From Andalucia godoyi And28 (lineage: Eukaryota; Protista; Jakobida), in the NCBI GenBank assembly GCA_009859145.1, contig VRVR01000047.1:4934-68933 (forward strand): DNA of 64,000 nucleotides, given 5' to 3'. Numbering within the stretch: position 1 is the first letter of the stretch; the number at the start of each line of letters is the position of its first letter. Shown here piece by piece: positions 30,830 to 42,300 of this stretch. Below the pieces are notes generated by a model. That model ran no database searches, was not told the DNA's origin, and saw nothing but the letters and a program-made list of their open reading frames with translations. A program made the position numbers and the translations under genes.

Positions 30830-31081
30830 CCTACATTGTACGCTGACCACGGATAATCATCGCTGACCACCCATAATCAATGTTGCAACCCAACAACATG
30901 CATAATGCAACGCGGTGGCGTGTTTATCGGGATTTCATGATCAAAATGGGAGGCGAAACGAATCGGGCATCGTGTGACGGAGTTGTCAAGATAGCAAACG
31001 CATGTGAATGGCGCGTGGCAGTGTTTTTGTTTGCGTGCGCTTTAGACTGCTTCATCCTATCGCAACAAGTGGCAACGGTCC
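30830..31081 (-). mobile_element. Non-autonomous IS607-like/Fanzor2 element, copy B1 (internally deleted)
   Basis: Near-identical to 52420-52792 except for a deletion of about 120 bp. Left end is CT-GG|ACCGTTGCCAC and right end is AATGTAGG. Confidence 0.8.
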
Positions 31082-31450
31082 AGGAACGGGAACAAGTCGC
31101 AAGTCTCAAGTCTCAAGTCTCAAGTGCATGCTCACGATTTCCCGCCGAAAAAAGATGAAAAAGAAAGCTCGTTTCAAACACGACCAAAAAGTCCTGTTAA
31201 TGCTTTGATACTCTCATCGCTGCTCTCTCTCTCTCTCTCTCTTTCTCTTTCTCTCTCAGTCTCTCTATTTCTGTGCGTTTTTGATTATTCTATATATTTC
31301 TTCTTCTTCTTCTTGTTCTTGTTCTTGTTCTTGTTCTTTTTCATTTCTAATTTTGATTCTTTTTAAAAATTTACCATTGAACATTGATGAATTTGTGATT
31401 GTCAGGGGGCGAGAGAGAGAGAGAGAGAAGTGACAGTCGAAAACGTACAG

Positions 31451-33325
31451 ATGCAACAGCAGCAACAGCAACCGCAACATTCTAGCGCGGTTTACTTTAC
31501 TCCGCAGCAGCTTGTAATGCCTCATAATCGCCAGGCCCTTCAGTCGCATGGGCTATCGCCGAGTTTGCAGCAGCACACAATTCCACAACAACAGCAACCG
31601 CAACAGTATGTACAGTACTCGACGCTGCCGACATTGTCGAATGCGGCTTCTCGGCTGTTGGTGTCCCGGAGCGACCCGTCGATTGCTGCGAGTGTTGAGA
31701 ATGCATATGATCGCCGAGTGGCCGAAGCACGGATTGCACTGGACAACCTCCGGCATACGAGAGAGCGTCACTTGACTGCTCGCGGACATGTTGCAGAGCT
31801 TGAGACAAGCGTGCTGAGCAGAAAACAAGCACATTTGGTCGCGCTGCAAAAGAAGCTTGACGAGATTTTACGCACGATCGACGATGCGTTTCATGCTGCG
31901 GTCCGTGCGGCAGAGCAGGTTGAAGATGTACTGCTGATGCCCCTCCGGAAAACAGCGGCGGCGATTGAGCGGAACGTGGCTGAACTGGACCGCGTTGCAG
32001 AAATGGTGCATCTGAAGTTCCAGGTTGAAAGCAAGGCGGAGTTCGTTGCGACGTTTCCATTGGTGATCCCTGCAGTCCGCGAAGCATTGGCCGTGGAGTG
32101 CCCCGTCGTCAGACCTGTGGATTTCAACGCTTGCGACTTCTCACCAGAGTTTCTCAAAATCAGAGTCTTGTTGGGAAACGGCTCCACTTCCATCCAACCG
32201 TCGCCTCGATCCACGAGCGCCCTGGATCAGCAGCCGCAATCACAGCCGCAACTTCAACCGCATCATCAGTCAGGCAACTTGAATGGCCCAAGCCAGAGTC
32301 ATGCTTCTGGACAGGGATTAGCAAGTTCTCGTGGATCGGGGTCGAATTCCGGCGCAGGCGGAGTGGGAACGGCAGCGAGAAGAGATGGAAGCGTTGAATC
32401 GAGGGCAAAAAGGTATGCAGCGGCATATCAAAAGGAAAAGACCAAGATTTTTCAGGATCCGGAGGCATCGTTCCACAGTGCAAGCACGCGGACTACAATG
32501 GAAAAGGAAAAGGACGAACTGATTGCGGAACTGACCCAGAGCTACAAGGAACTGGAGCGAATGCACCAAGTAGCTAAGATCAAGCAGCATCACAGTCCTC
32601 ATCAGCAGCAACAAGTGCTGCACTCGTCTTCGGATGTTTTGCATGGCGTAGCAAAGCAGGCTGGACAGAAGGGGTCCCTGATGGACGAGTATCTCGGAAC
32701 GCAGATTGAGCGGCTCAATGACTTGCTGAGCGACAAGCTGACGAGACTCGAAACCATCATCGAAGAACAGCGAGTTGCAAAGATGGAGCGCAAGATTGCA
32801 CGAGAAGAAGCGTCTACGAACCGTGCAGCCATCGATCGAGTTCGACACGCACAGCAGCAGCAGCAGCCATCGCAATCACAAACACAAACACAACCGCAGG
32901 CGACTGTTCGATACGCCGAAGACACTCAGGGAACTTCCAGACCGCCGATGCCAGCAGGTCTCTCTCGAGCATCGAGTGTCAAGAGCATTCCGAACCCAGC
33001 AAATCAGACCGACCGAGCCGCCACAACGTCCAACATGCTTGCGGAAGCCGCACGAAGAAACTCGCAAGTCTCGGCGAGCGTCGCGGTTCCACAACAGCAG
33101 CCGCAACAACAACAGCAGCAACAGCATCTCGCTGCACCGACTGTTCAGGAGCGAAAGGGAAACAGTAGTGCTACAAGCTCGTCGTATGAATATGTGTATG
33201 AAGTTGTGGAGGGATCGCAGGCGTCGCTTGGGCTTCAAGAGGGTGAAGAAGTAGTCGCGGAACAGTACGTCGAAGAAGAAGATTTGGCCAGGCTCCCTGT
33301 TCTCGAAAGCTACAACCACCATTGA
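31451..33325 (+). CDS. Q-rich coiled-coil protein, function unknown
   Basis: Long ORF with poly-Q tracts and two heptad regions. Confidence 0.75.
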   Translation: MQQQQQQPQHSSAVYFTPQQLVMPHNRQALQSHGLSPSLQQHTIPQQQQPQQYVQYSTLPTLSNAASRLLVSRSDPSIAASVENAYDRRVAEARIALDNLRHTRERHLTARGHVAELETSVLSRKQAHLVALQKKLDEILRTIDDAFHAAVRAAEQVEDVLLMPLRKTAAAIERNVAELDRVAEMVHLKFQVESKAEFVATFPLVIPAVREALAVECPVVRPVDFNACDFSPEFLKIRVLLGNGSTSIQPSPRSTSALDQQPQSQPQLQPHHQSGNLNGPSQSHASGQGLASSRGSGSNSGAGGVGTAARRDGSVESRAKRYAAAYQKEKTKIFQDPEASFHSASTRTTMEKEKDELIAELTQSYKELERMHQVAKIKQHHSPHQQQQVLHSSSDVLHGVAKQAGQKGSLMDEYLGTQIERLNDLLSDKLTRLETIIEEQRVAKMERKIAREEASTNRAAIDRVRHAQQQQQPSQSQTQTQPQATVRYAEDTQGTSRPPMPAGLSRASSVKSIPNPANQTDRAATTSNMLAEAARRNSQVSASVAVPQQQPQQQQQQQHLAAPTVQERKGNSSATSSSYEYVYEVVEGSQASLGLQEGEEVVAEQYVEEEDLARLPVLESYNHH

Positions 33326-33580
33326 TGTGTCATCCTCGGGATCCGTTGTCATTCCGTGTTTTGCCTGCTGTTCTACGCCCAACTCCTCTGTCCACTCAAA
33401 CACAACAATACGTTTCCATAAACGCAACGAAAGATTTATTGCAAAACCTGCCGTAAGACCGATCGTGCCAAAAATAGTCGCAAACGGCCGGGAATTTGGA
33501 TTGTTTTCGTTTGTTTTTTGTTGACAAAATCAAGACGAATCCGAGTCAGGGAAGTCGCAGCCAAAACAGCAGCAGAAGCG

Positions 33581-34516
33581 ATGCTCCAGCAGCAGCAGCA
33601 GCAGCATAATCAGAAGAACGCTGGCGGAAGTTCTTCTCCTCGAGTGTTGAATTCCGGACATAGTGCATCGTCTCATGGTATCATTCCGGTTCCATCGTCG
33701 GGTCACTTATCGTACTCGCCATCGCAGTACGGCTTTGAGTGCGTCAACATCACGACGGAGATGTTGCGAGACTTGTCGTCTGTGAACATTGATCATATTG
33801 TAGAATTGCAGATGCTGGCATTCGTGCTGAACCACGGTCCGGGATTCAGTGGATCGTGCACAGACCGACGGTTCATTTCGTTCATAATTGACTTTTTCAA
33901 CGATCCCCACAACCTCAGCGTACGACCGAGACCAGAGAACTCGAAAAAGGGCCAGTTCGTCCATGACTATCTGCAGCTTTTGCAGAAACAGCTCAAGGCT
34001 TCGCCAAGCAAACGGCAGCTTCAACTACCGAATGAGGCATGGAAGTTTCTCAAAGAGATCAAGAGGACGTGGATCGCGCTGTGCCCGCGGTTCCTCCAGT
34101 TGACTGCGGCGCTGGGACCGTCGTTTGCCGACGCGGGACAGGATTTCGCGGTTGCAATGGACTGGGTGTTGGAACCCGTTCACCTGAGCGACGATAGCCC
34201 CTCAGCTTCCCCTGTTCGTCCACCCTCCGACTTGCTCTACTACACATACGGTGATCCAAATCACCACACAGTTCCCAGCGCAAATTCCAGCACAAATCTC
34301 AACGCCGTCCACAATCTCAAGCTCAACCACAACCACAATCACAGTCGCAGCACGAACTTCAATTCCAATGCAAATGTTAATCCATTTGCTTCGCTCGCAC
34401 CGACTTCGAATGCGGATTTGCAGTATGCGGAGGATGACGTTGCATCCACGAAGGCACTCCCGATACCGATTCCACCTGGCCAGCATTCGCCGGTCAACAG
34501 CTACAGCAACCAGTAG
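33581..34516 (+). CDS. Protein with an HNH/His-Me finger-like motif
   Basis: NIDHIVELQ...FNDPHNL.......ENSKKG spacing, flanked by low-complexity ends. Confidence 0.5.
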   Translation: MLQQQQQQHNQKNAGGSSSPRVLNSGHSASSHGIIPVPSSGHLSYSPSQYGFECVNITTEMLRDLSSVNIDHIVELQMLAFVLNHGPGFSGSCTDRRFISFIIDFFNDPHNLSVRPRPENSKKGQFVHDYLQLLQKQLKASPSKRQLQLPNEAWKFLKEIKRTWIALCPRFLQLTAALGPSFADAGQDFAVAMDWVLEPVHLSDDSPSASPVRPPSDLLYYTYGDPNHHTVPSANSSTNLNAVHNLKLNHNHNHSRSTNFNSNANVNPFASLAPTSNADLQYAEDDVASTKALPIPIPPGQHSPVNSYSNQ

Positions 34517-34628
34517 GCAAACGTGGCTGCAAAAGAAGGGGGGGAAGAGAAGCGCAGAAAGGCAAGCGAGTAGCGAGCATGCACATTTTCTTTACATTTC
34601 ATTTCTTATGTACAGTGCCTTGTAAAGT

Positions 34629-36713
34629 TCAATCATCTCGGCAGTTATCCACGGGCATGTCCATATCTGCGGACTTGGGTTTGTGCGCGCTGGCGGAACC
34701 CGGTCGGACGTAGCTATCCGTCATTCTCAGACCGCCATTCATGGGCACTGGATCCGCAGATCCGTGAGCACCATCCACTGAATCGACGGACATGCGTGGC
34801 ATCATCATGGTATGCAGCAGTTCTCGGCGATTCTGAATCTCGCGATCCCGAGTTCTGAGCATCTGGCGCAAGAGCTCCTTTTCTCTCTGGAGTTCTGCAT
34901 CCTCCCTTGCAATCTGGATCGATCTGCGGCGCGCGTCAGCCGTTGCAGACAGCGACCCACTTCCACCTCCAGCAAATGACACGAAACTCGAGCCCCCCGA
35001 GGTTCCCAGTGGTCTCCATTTCCCAATGCTGGATCTCTGGAGTGCCGGAGAGACCCACTTCCGACTCGCCTTTCGCACGACTTCCAGCTGTTCGAGCTTT
35101 GCGCGCAACGAAGGCATCATCGACAGCGGCTTGCGATCCGAGGTAGAAAACCCAAGTTCCGACGTCGGCCGAACTGCAATCGACGAAATTGACACGTCCT
35201 TAAGCCGTCTTTGCTCCTGCTCCAACAGATCCATGACTCGGGAGTAGTACATTTTCGACTGTTCAAACGCGGTCCTCTCATCCTCTTCCATATCCTCCAC
35301 ATTTGTTTCCGTGATGAAAAACGAACCAGCGCCTGACACCTGCGACGGTCTCGAGGCACCGTGTTGCGGGGAGGAACTGCGTGACAGCGAAGCGGAGATC
35401 GACAAAGGGCCGCTCCCTGGAGTAGTTCTTCTTCGCAGTTCCGACGAAGACGACGGTCTTGAGAAACGGTCTCTTGCAGAACCAAGATCGGAAGAACTTT
35501 CTCGATCGCTGTCATCGTCCCCTGCACCACCAGCACTCCCGCTATTTCGATCTGCCCGCAAGTCCACGTTCTTCGGCATGCTTGCCGCAAAGAAGGAGAG
35601 CAAAGGGTCCGAGATGCGCGCCGGTGCGTTTCGAAGCGGAACTGCGTTCATCGCTCGTTTTGCTTCATCGCGCTGCTTGAGCGCTTCTTCAAAGAGTTCT
35701 TGGATCTTGTTGGTCTTCTTCTTGGATGCCTGCAGAGTCTTATACTTGCGCTCCAGCTCGTCCTCCTTGACAAAATCATCAAACTGCAGATCCAGCGCAG
35801 GAAGCTGTGGAAAGGGTCGAAGATGCAAGTCAAACGCAGACGGTGAAGTGCTGGGCGACGCCGAACTTGCTGGATTGGACGATCCTCCATGGCCTCCCAT
35901 ATCCATCTTGTAGCCGCCTTCATTATTGCCATTACGATTATTACTATTATTGCTGCTATCATTGTTCCTGATGTTGGTGTTGTCATTGTTGTTGCTGTTA
36001 CTGTTAGTGTTGTGACTGGCTGAATGGCGAGTGGAATTCGGGCTTGGAACAACACCGATGCCATGACGCTGCTGCTGCTGCTGTTGTTGCTGCTGTTCTT
36101 GTTGTTGTTGTTGTTGATGATGATGATTGGGTTTATCAAATCCATGGATGCGCTTTGCAAGCAGTCTTTTCTGGTCCATCTTCTCTTCCTCCTCTTCGTG
36201 CGGCGCCCTTCTCTTCTTGAACCTTGAAATCGACTCGAGATAGCTCCTCCGTTCTTCCTGCTGTGCATCCACAAGCTTCAAATACGACTCTTCCAGCTGC
36301 TGTTCTCGCTGCTCCATTCGCGTCTTGGACAGCTTGGCGCGCTTTCGTGCCTCTTTCCGCTGCTTCTCCACCTTTTCTGCAAAAAACCGTGCACGTTCTT
36401 CTCGCTCAGCACGCAGCTCAGCATCCACAGAAAGTATCAGCTGGTCCGTAAACGCTAGCTTTTCCTTCAACGACCTCGCTTGCGATCCCTGCTGTCCACT
36501 CCTACTCTTACTCCTACTCCGTCCCCCATGGCCTCCTTCTCCTCCTTCTCCTGCTGCTGCTGCTCGCTGTCGACGTCGCTCCTCCTGGTCATACTTTGTC
36601 TTGAACGCATCATTCAGCGCCACCAACTCCTCAAGCGACAATTCGACACTCGCATCCTCTTCCACCACCCTCAAATCTACCCCGCCTCCTCTTTCTGCAA
36701 CCGAGGCGTCCAT
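34629..36713 (-). CDS. Low-complexity/coiled-coil protein, function unknown
   Basis: Long ORF with poly-Q and poly-N tracts and heptad segments. Confidence 0.75.
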   Translation of the reverse strand: MDASVAERGGGVDLRVVEEDASVELSLEELVALNDAFKTKYDQEERRRQRAAAAGEGGEGGHGGRSRSKSRSGQQGSQARSLKEKLAFTDQLILSVDAELRAEREERARFFAEKVEKQRKEARKRAKLSKTRMEQREQQLEESYLKLVDAQQEERRSYLESISRFKKRRAPHEEEEEKMDQKRLLAKRIHGFDKPNHHHQQQQQQEQQQQQQQQQRHGIGVVPSPNSTRHSASHNTNSNSNNNDNTNIRNNDSSNNSNNRNGNNEGGYKMDMGGHGGSSNPASSASPSTSPSAFDLHLRPFPQLPALDLQFDDFVKEDELERKYKTLQASKKKTNKIQELFEEALKQRDEAKRAMNAVPLRNAPARISDPLLSFFAASMPKNVDLRADRNSGSAGGAGDDDSDRESSSDLGSARDRFSRPSSSSELRRRTTPGSGPLSISASLSRSSSPQHGASRPSQVSGAGSFFITETNVEDMEEDERTAFEQSKMYYSRVMDLLEQEQRRLKDVSISSIAVRPTSELGFSTSDRKPLSMMPSLRAKLEQLEVVRKASRKWVSPALQRSSIGKWRPLGTSGGSSFVSFAGGGSGSLSATADARRRSIQIAREDAELQREKELLRQMLRTRDREIQNRRELLHTMMMPRMSVDSVDGAHGSADPVPMNGGLRMTDSYVRPGSASAHKPKSADMDMPVDNCRDD

Positions 36714-37018
36714 TCTCGTCAACACTCTACACTCTACACTCCACTCTATTCAACAGCCCTAGCAATAATATTGATAATATCAATAACAATAACAATAACA
36801 ATAACAATAACAATAACAATAATAATGACAATTCATCCTCTACGTTTTCTGTACTACTGTATTTTGCACCGTTCTTTCAAAACCGTTGAACTCCATGCAG
36901 CGTCAAGCATCAAGTAGATGCCACAAACGTCCATTAGGAAACCGAGCATTGCGTTTCATAATTGTGCAATTGAAATCGGTGTGAGAACCGAGTTGTCGCC
37001 CCATTCATCCACAGCACG

Positions 37019-37019
37019 T

Positions 37020-37081
<62 letters not shown>
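37019..37081. repeat. (CA)n(GA)n microsatellite just upstream of the Roadblock start codon
   Basis: Dinucleotide run ending a few nt before ATG 37088. Confidence 0.95.
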
Positions 37082-37085
<4 letters not shown>

Positions 37086-37087
37086 AG

Positions 37088-37381
37088 ATGTCCGAGATTG
37101 AAGATACGTTGAAGCGGATTAATACGCACAAGGGAGTTGTTGGATTTGTGATTGTGAATGACGAAGGCGTGGTGGTTCGGTCCACACTGCCCAAGGATCA
37201 AACGCCCGTGTATGCGTCGCTGATCACGTCACTTGCGGCAAAGGCGCGTGCTGTTGTCCGGGACTTGGATCCACAAAACGACCTTACGTTCCTGCGCATC
37301 CGCTCTAAAAAGAACGAAATCATGGTCGCACCAGACAAGTCCTTCACTCTCATCGTCATCCAGTCCACCGACCAAGCCTAA
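37088..37381 (+). CDS. DYNLRB: Dynein light chain Roadblock/LC7
   Basis: [19 protein letters not shown]...[27 protein letters not shown]. Confidence 0.97.
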   Translation: MSEIEDTLKRINTHKGVVGFVIVNDEGVVVRSTLPKDQTPVYASLITSLAAKARAVVRDLDPQNDLTFLRIRSKKNEIMVAPDKSFTLIVIQSTDQA

Positions 37382-37644
37382 CTGATGCCTGTCTTCCTTC
37401 CTCCTTTCCTTCCTCCTTCCTCCTTGCTACTTGCCATCTCCTATGCGCTATGTGCTTGCCTTTTTATTATAAACATGAGAGGAAATGAATAATCGGTTTT
37501 TTTCTTGCGCTCTTTCTCTTTTCTTGTTGTCATTCTGTTTTTTTCTTTTCTTTCTTCTGTTCCTCTCTGTTCCTCTCTGTTCCTTTCTTTTTCGTTCTTT
37601 TTCGTTCTTTTTCATTTCCATCTTGAGGGGGTTTTGATGAACGG

Positions 37645-38745
37645 ATGGGTGCGGTGTTGGGTGGGAGAGAACTGCGAGTTGTCGAGTGGTTTGCGGGAAC
37701 CGGAGGACTGCATTGCGCGCTTGATCGTGCACTCATGACCGATGGGCAACAACAACAACAACAACAACAACAGCAACACGAGATTGTGGCCGCGATTGAC
37801 ATTTCCGAGGCTGCTCAGCGCGTGTATGCTTGGAATTTCCCATCGGTAAAGTTCATCCGAAAGACAATCGAGAGAATCAAAGTGGAGGACGCAGCGTGGA
37901 TCCGCGACACAGACTTGTGGCTCATGTCGCCTCCGTGCCAGCCGTTTGTGCTCAATGGACGCAACATCGATGCAAGGGACACGAGAAATGCAGCCCTGTT
38001 TCGCATCCTCAGCTTGGTGCATACGTGCCAGCCAAAAGCAGTATTTCTTGAGAACGTCAAGCAGTTTGCGCTCTCGGAAACGCACCAAGTGGTCCGGGAC
38101 CGACTGCGAGACTCAGGGTACGTGCTGGATGACGTTGTGTGCTCGCCTGTCGACTGGGGGATCCCGTATGACCGAAAAAGGTACTACCTCGTCGCAGTGC
38201 GCGCGGACTGCTGCAGCGCGGGCACCATATCCTTGTCGATTCCTGTGCACGTTGGGCCGCTGAGCCAGACGCTGGAGAGGTATCTGTGCCAGGAAGAGGC
38301 GCTCGTGCCGCAGGAGTGTTGGTTTACGCCAGAGCAAGAAGAAGTGATGATTGCGCAGACACACCGCAATGACATTGTGTTCCCACACTCGACATCCTCT
38401 TCCGCATTTACGAAATCATATGCTGCAAAATGGAATCACTTTCGCGGAACGGGCTCCGTTCTCTGCACCAATGCAGCCGAGCTGGGTGCAGACGTCGCGA
38501 TGAGGAGTATGGAAACGGAACGGTATATCCCTTTTGTCAAGGGAATGAAGCTGCGGTATGTTTCGCCAGCTGAAATTCTCCGAATCCACGAATACCCTGC
38601 TTCCTACTCGTTCCCGGCTGCCACGACGTTGCATGAACAATGGGCACTGCTTGGAAACGGCGTCCACATCGGCGTATGTGCTCACATTTTGAAACAATTG
38701 CTCGACATCTTGCTGCAGCCAGCGTCGACACCACTCGCACCGTGA
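37645..38745 (+). CDS. TRDMT1: DNMT2/TRDMT1 tRNA cytosine-5 methyltransferase
   Basis: Motif I EWFAGTGG, IV MSPPCQPF, VI ENV, VIII DRKRYY, TRD AFTKSY..GTGS, X LLGNG. Confidence 0.9.
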   Translation: MGAVLGGRELRVVEWFAGTGGLHCALDRALMTDGQQQQQQQQQQHEIVAAIDISEAAQRVYAWNFPSVKFIRKTIERIKVEDAAWIRDTDLWLMSPPCQPFVLNGRNIDARDTRNAALFRILSLVHTCQPKAVFLENVKQFALSETHQVVRDRLRDSGYVLDDVVCSPVDWGIPYDRKRYYLVAVRADCCSAGTISLSIPVHVGPLSQTLERYLCQEEALVPQECWFTPEQEEVMIAQTHRNDIVFPHSTSSSAFTKSYAAKWNHFRGTGSVLCTNAAELGADVAMRSMETERYIPFVKGMKLRYVSPAEILRIHEYPASYSFPAATTLHEQWALLGNGVHIGVCAHILKQLLDILLQPASTPLAP

Positions 38746-39361
38746 TGGCACGTCGGAGGCAATTGCGAGGCGAGCGAGCTCGGCCGCCGCTCGACTTGAT
38801 TGCAGCTGGGATGCTGTGGTACTGGCCAGTGGCCACACTCACAAGCATGATCCAGTTGCAACCGGCGCAATAATACCCATATCAATTTTTCATTGTACAG
38901 TTCGGCTTTTACAATCTCGACCACTTTTCATGCGAGGATTCGAACGGCAATGCACCGTGATGGCTGGCTGGCTGGCTGCTGCTCCTGCTCCTCTTCCTGT
39001 GCCTTCCAGCCTTCGGCCTCTGGTATTCTTTATGGACCGCGAACTGCGGACTGCGGACCTCGTGAACAGCGCCCAAAGGATGCAAAAGTCGCAAAAAGTA
39101 CAGCACTGGGAATTCCCGAGTGGTCACCCACCTCAGTACTACTCCAGCCTGAGAGCACTTGACTTCGCAAATCGGACGGGATGCGGTATTTTCACTCTAG
39201 TATGGCCGTACCTGAAGGGGGTTGCGTGCACGGTCCCTGAGAAGCATCAAAAGAAGGGCCGCAGGCATCCAGAAAATCCATCCAATGCACATAATACCAA
39301 TAAAAATGATGACGATGATCAGAGACGGTTTTACATTGCTAAAAGGCAAGGAAGCGCGTGA

Positions 39362-42300
39362 TCAGTTGCTCGGGACCGTAATGTTAAACGGAGGCTTGTC
39401 GGATCGCGAGTCTCGAACGGGAGTTGTGCTACTCGACGACACGTGGATCTGGTGCGGAGTGAGGACGACGGAGGATCGGTTGCCTTCGACCAACAGTTGA
39501 GCTTTCTTTGGAGACGAAGTCAGTAAGAGTTCATAAACCTCGGGAGACTTTGCATACGCACACGGAGAAAGGGACAGTCGGTTCTTCGTATCGGAGAGGC
39601 AGCCCGCCTGAAGAAGAGCCCGGACAACGCTCGTCGGAACATTCGCACGAACCGCCTCGTGAAGAGCAGTATTTCCATTCTTTGCAGCGGCAGCAATCGA
39701 CTGCGAAGGCATCAAATCAAGAAGCAGATACAGGATATTCAGCGGACAGCCCTTGCGAATTGCAACATGAAGCACGGTTTCTCCCAGCGAATTGGTCAGC
39801 GCAAGGAGATCAGGACATCGGAACACGGAGCAGGTCTCGCTTAGGAAAGCAGACTCCATGAGATCCCAGTGCCGTCCACGTGCCATGGCGTGCAGAACAG
39901 TTTCGCTCCACTTGCGGGTGACAATCCGAAGGTCATCGATGACGTCCAGCGGACTGACTTTGTTCGCCGGCCACGACTGCAGCACGTGCGCCATCGCACT
40001 GCGGTCGCCATATGCGCATGCCTTAAAAATCCACGGCCATTTCGACCTGCAGGTCTCATCAAGCTTGACAAATGGTCTCATTACACGTGTGGTCAGCATC
40101 ATCTTCGACAGTCTCGCGCGTTGACGGGGACGCGACAAACAAGAATGCAAAAGGGAGCGAGACTCTGAACCTTGAGCACGCAGTACGCTCGCTGACTTCA
40201 GATGTTGCAGCAAACTTGCAATCATCGCGTCATTTCCAAGTCGAAGAATCGACTCCAACACAGTTTGCCCTCCGCTTCTTGGTGTCCGCAGCAAAGAACC
40301 CACATCTGCAGCCGCATGGAGAACCGCGTCAAGCACTTGCACTTGGTGGCGATACACTGCAAGATGGCCAGCCGTGTTTCCCATTGCATCTTGATCCAAC
40401 AGAGATGCCCCTCTGGACAACAACAGACGGATAACATCAAGCGACGGCTTCGACGCACAGATCGCACACTGCAACGGAGTACGCTTGAGCCAGGATTCTC
40501 GGAGAGACAAGGACAATCCCGGGGCGCTGCACAGAATTCGTGTCATTTCGACATCTGCGTGCAAGACAGTCAAGTGCAAAGCAGACATTGACCGTGGCAG
40601 AGGATGTGAAATGTCATCCACAACGAACGCAGAATTGACATCAATTTCAGGATGATACTCCAGAATATCTCGCAAAACATCCTCTCGGTTCTTCTCAATG
40701 CACATGTGAAGCACGGTCCTGTTTCCATGATCCTTGAACTGCATGTTGATGTTGAGTCGAGGATGTCGAATAAGGGCTGTGCAGATGTCAGCAGTGGCAC
40801 CAGTGGCAATGGCCAACGCCAGCGGAGAAAGCCCTCGCGTGTCTAAGCCGTTGACTTCGAGCTGCTGAAGACCAAGTTTCAACAGTTCTCCAACGGCCGG
40901 AGCACAATTCCGCTCGACACCCAAATGCAGGGCAGAGCGTCCCTGCTCATCGCGCGCATTCACATCGATTCTCTTATCAGATGCAGACTGCAACAATGCC
41001 TTGAGGACGTCCAGGCCCTTCTCGTGTGCTTGCAGGATCGCCAAGTGCAGCGGCAGCGAGGAGATGGGCAGATATTTTGGAAAGAAGCCGGGGGCAAAGG
41101 AATCTTGTCTCTTGATTCCGGGAGAAGACTCGGGAACCACTGCTGCAGGCCCCGAAGACGCACTTTTTGGTAATATGCGCTTCCGTTGGGACACTTTGGC
41201 CTGATTCGCAATGGCTGACCCGGTGGCCGAACTGGACGCACTGCCAGCAGGTGCATCCGCAGAAGGGAGATTAATGTTTCGCAACTCGAGAGTTGGAATA
41301 AATGGCGGTATGGAACCACGTCGCGCACCTGATGACGATGACGATGACGATGGCGCGCCATCAAACTGTTGCTGACCCAGTCTCTGGGACAAGATGTGCA
41401 CAATGTTTGTGAGGCCTTGGTCAATTGCGACGGACATTGCGGACACTCCATGGCGATTTGAGATGTCGGCCTTCACCTTTGGATCCTCGACAAGCTTCTT
41501 CACGCACCTTTCATGACCCTTGAAACAAGCAAGAATCAGCGGCGTCGTACCATCCATGTCTGCGGCATTCGGATCGCAGTCTGGCCGACTCAGCAACTTT
41601 GAAACAATTTCAACATTGTCTCTGTCAGCTGCTGCGTGGAGAGGCGTATGACCAAGCGCATTGGCACCGTTTACGAAAACGCTTGAGCCCTTTTCGAGAA
41701 GCAAATCGACGATCGCAACGGAATTCTGGCAAGCTGCAGTGTAGAGTGGCGTATGGCCGTCCCGGGTGGCAACATTGCAGTCAAGACGAGAAGGATCGGA
41801 AGACAATAAGAGATCAAGCAACTCAACATTCCCCGTACAGACGGCAGCGTAGACGGAGGACAGTCCTTGCTGATCCTTGGCATTGAGATCGAGAGCATGC
41901 CCAAGGCGCTGTATCATGATCCGGACAACCTCCACGTGTCCAGAACAGCATGCAGCATAGAGCGGTGTTTGGCTGAAAGCGTCGGTGCGGTTCGGGTCCA
42001 GTCCTGGCCACGGAGCCGCATCCAGCAACGCTATCACGGCGTCCGCCGAGCCTTGCAGGCAAGCCAGGAACAGCGGCGTGCGGCCATCGCAATCTTGTTG
42101 ATTGACTTGGATATTCTTCAGCTGCAACAAAAGCCTGAGGACTGTGATGTGATTGCGCAAGACCGCATGGTGCAGCGGCGATCGTCCGTCGGCATCCGGG
42201 ATGTTCGGATCCAAAGCAGTATGTGCGGAAAGAACAGGGAACAGCGTCATGAACCCGTACTGCACTGCAATCATCAGCGGCGTGCGTCCAGATACATCTC

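Noticed and set aside
38816-39361. 181-aa ORF between DNMT2 and the ankyrin gene
   Set aside because: It has no recognisable motif and no convincing ATG start, so it cannot be supported as a gene without expression data.
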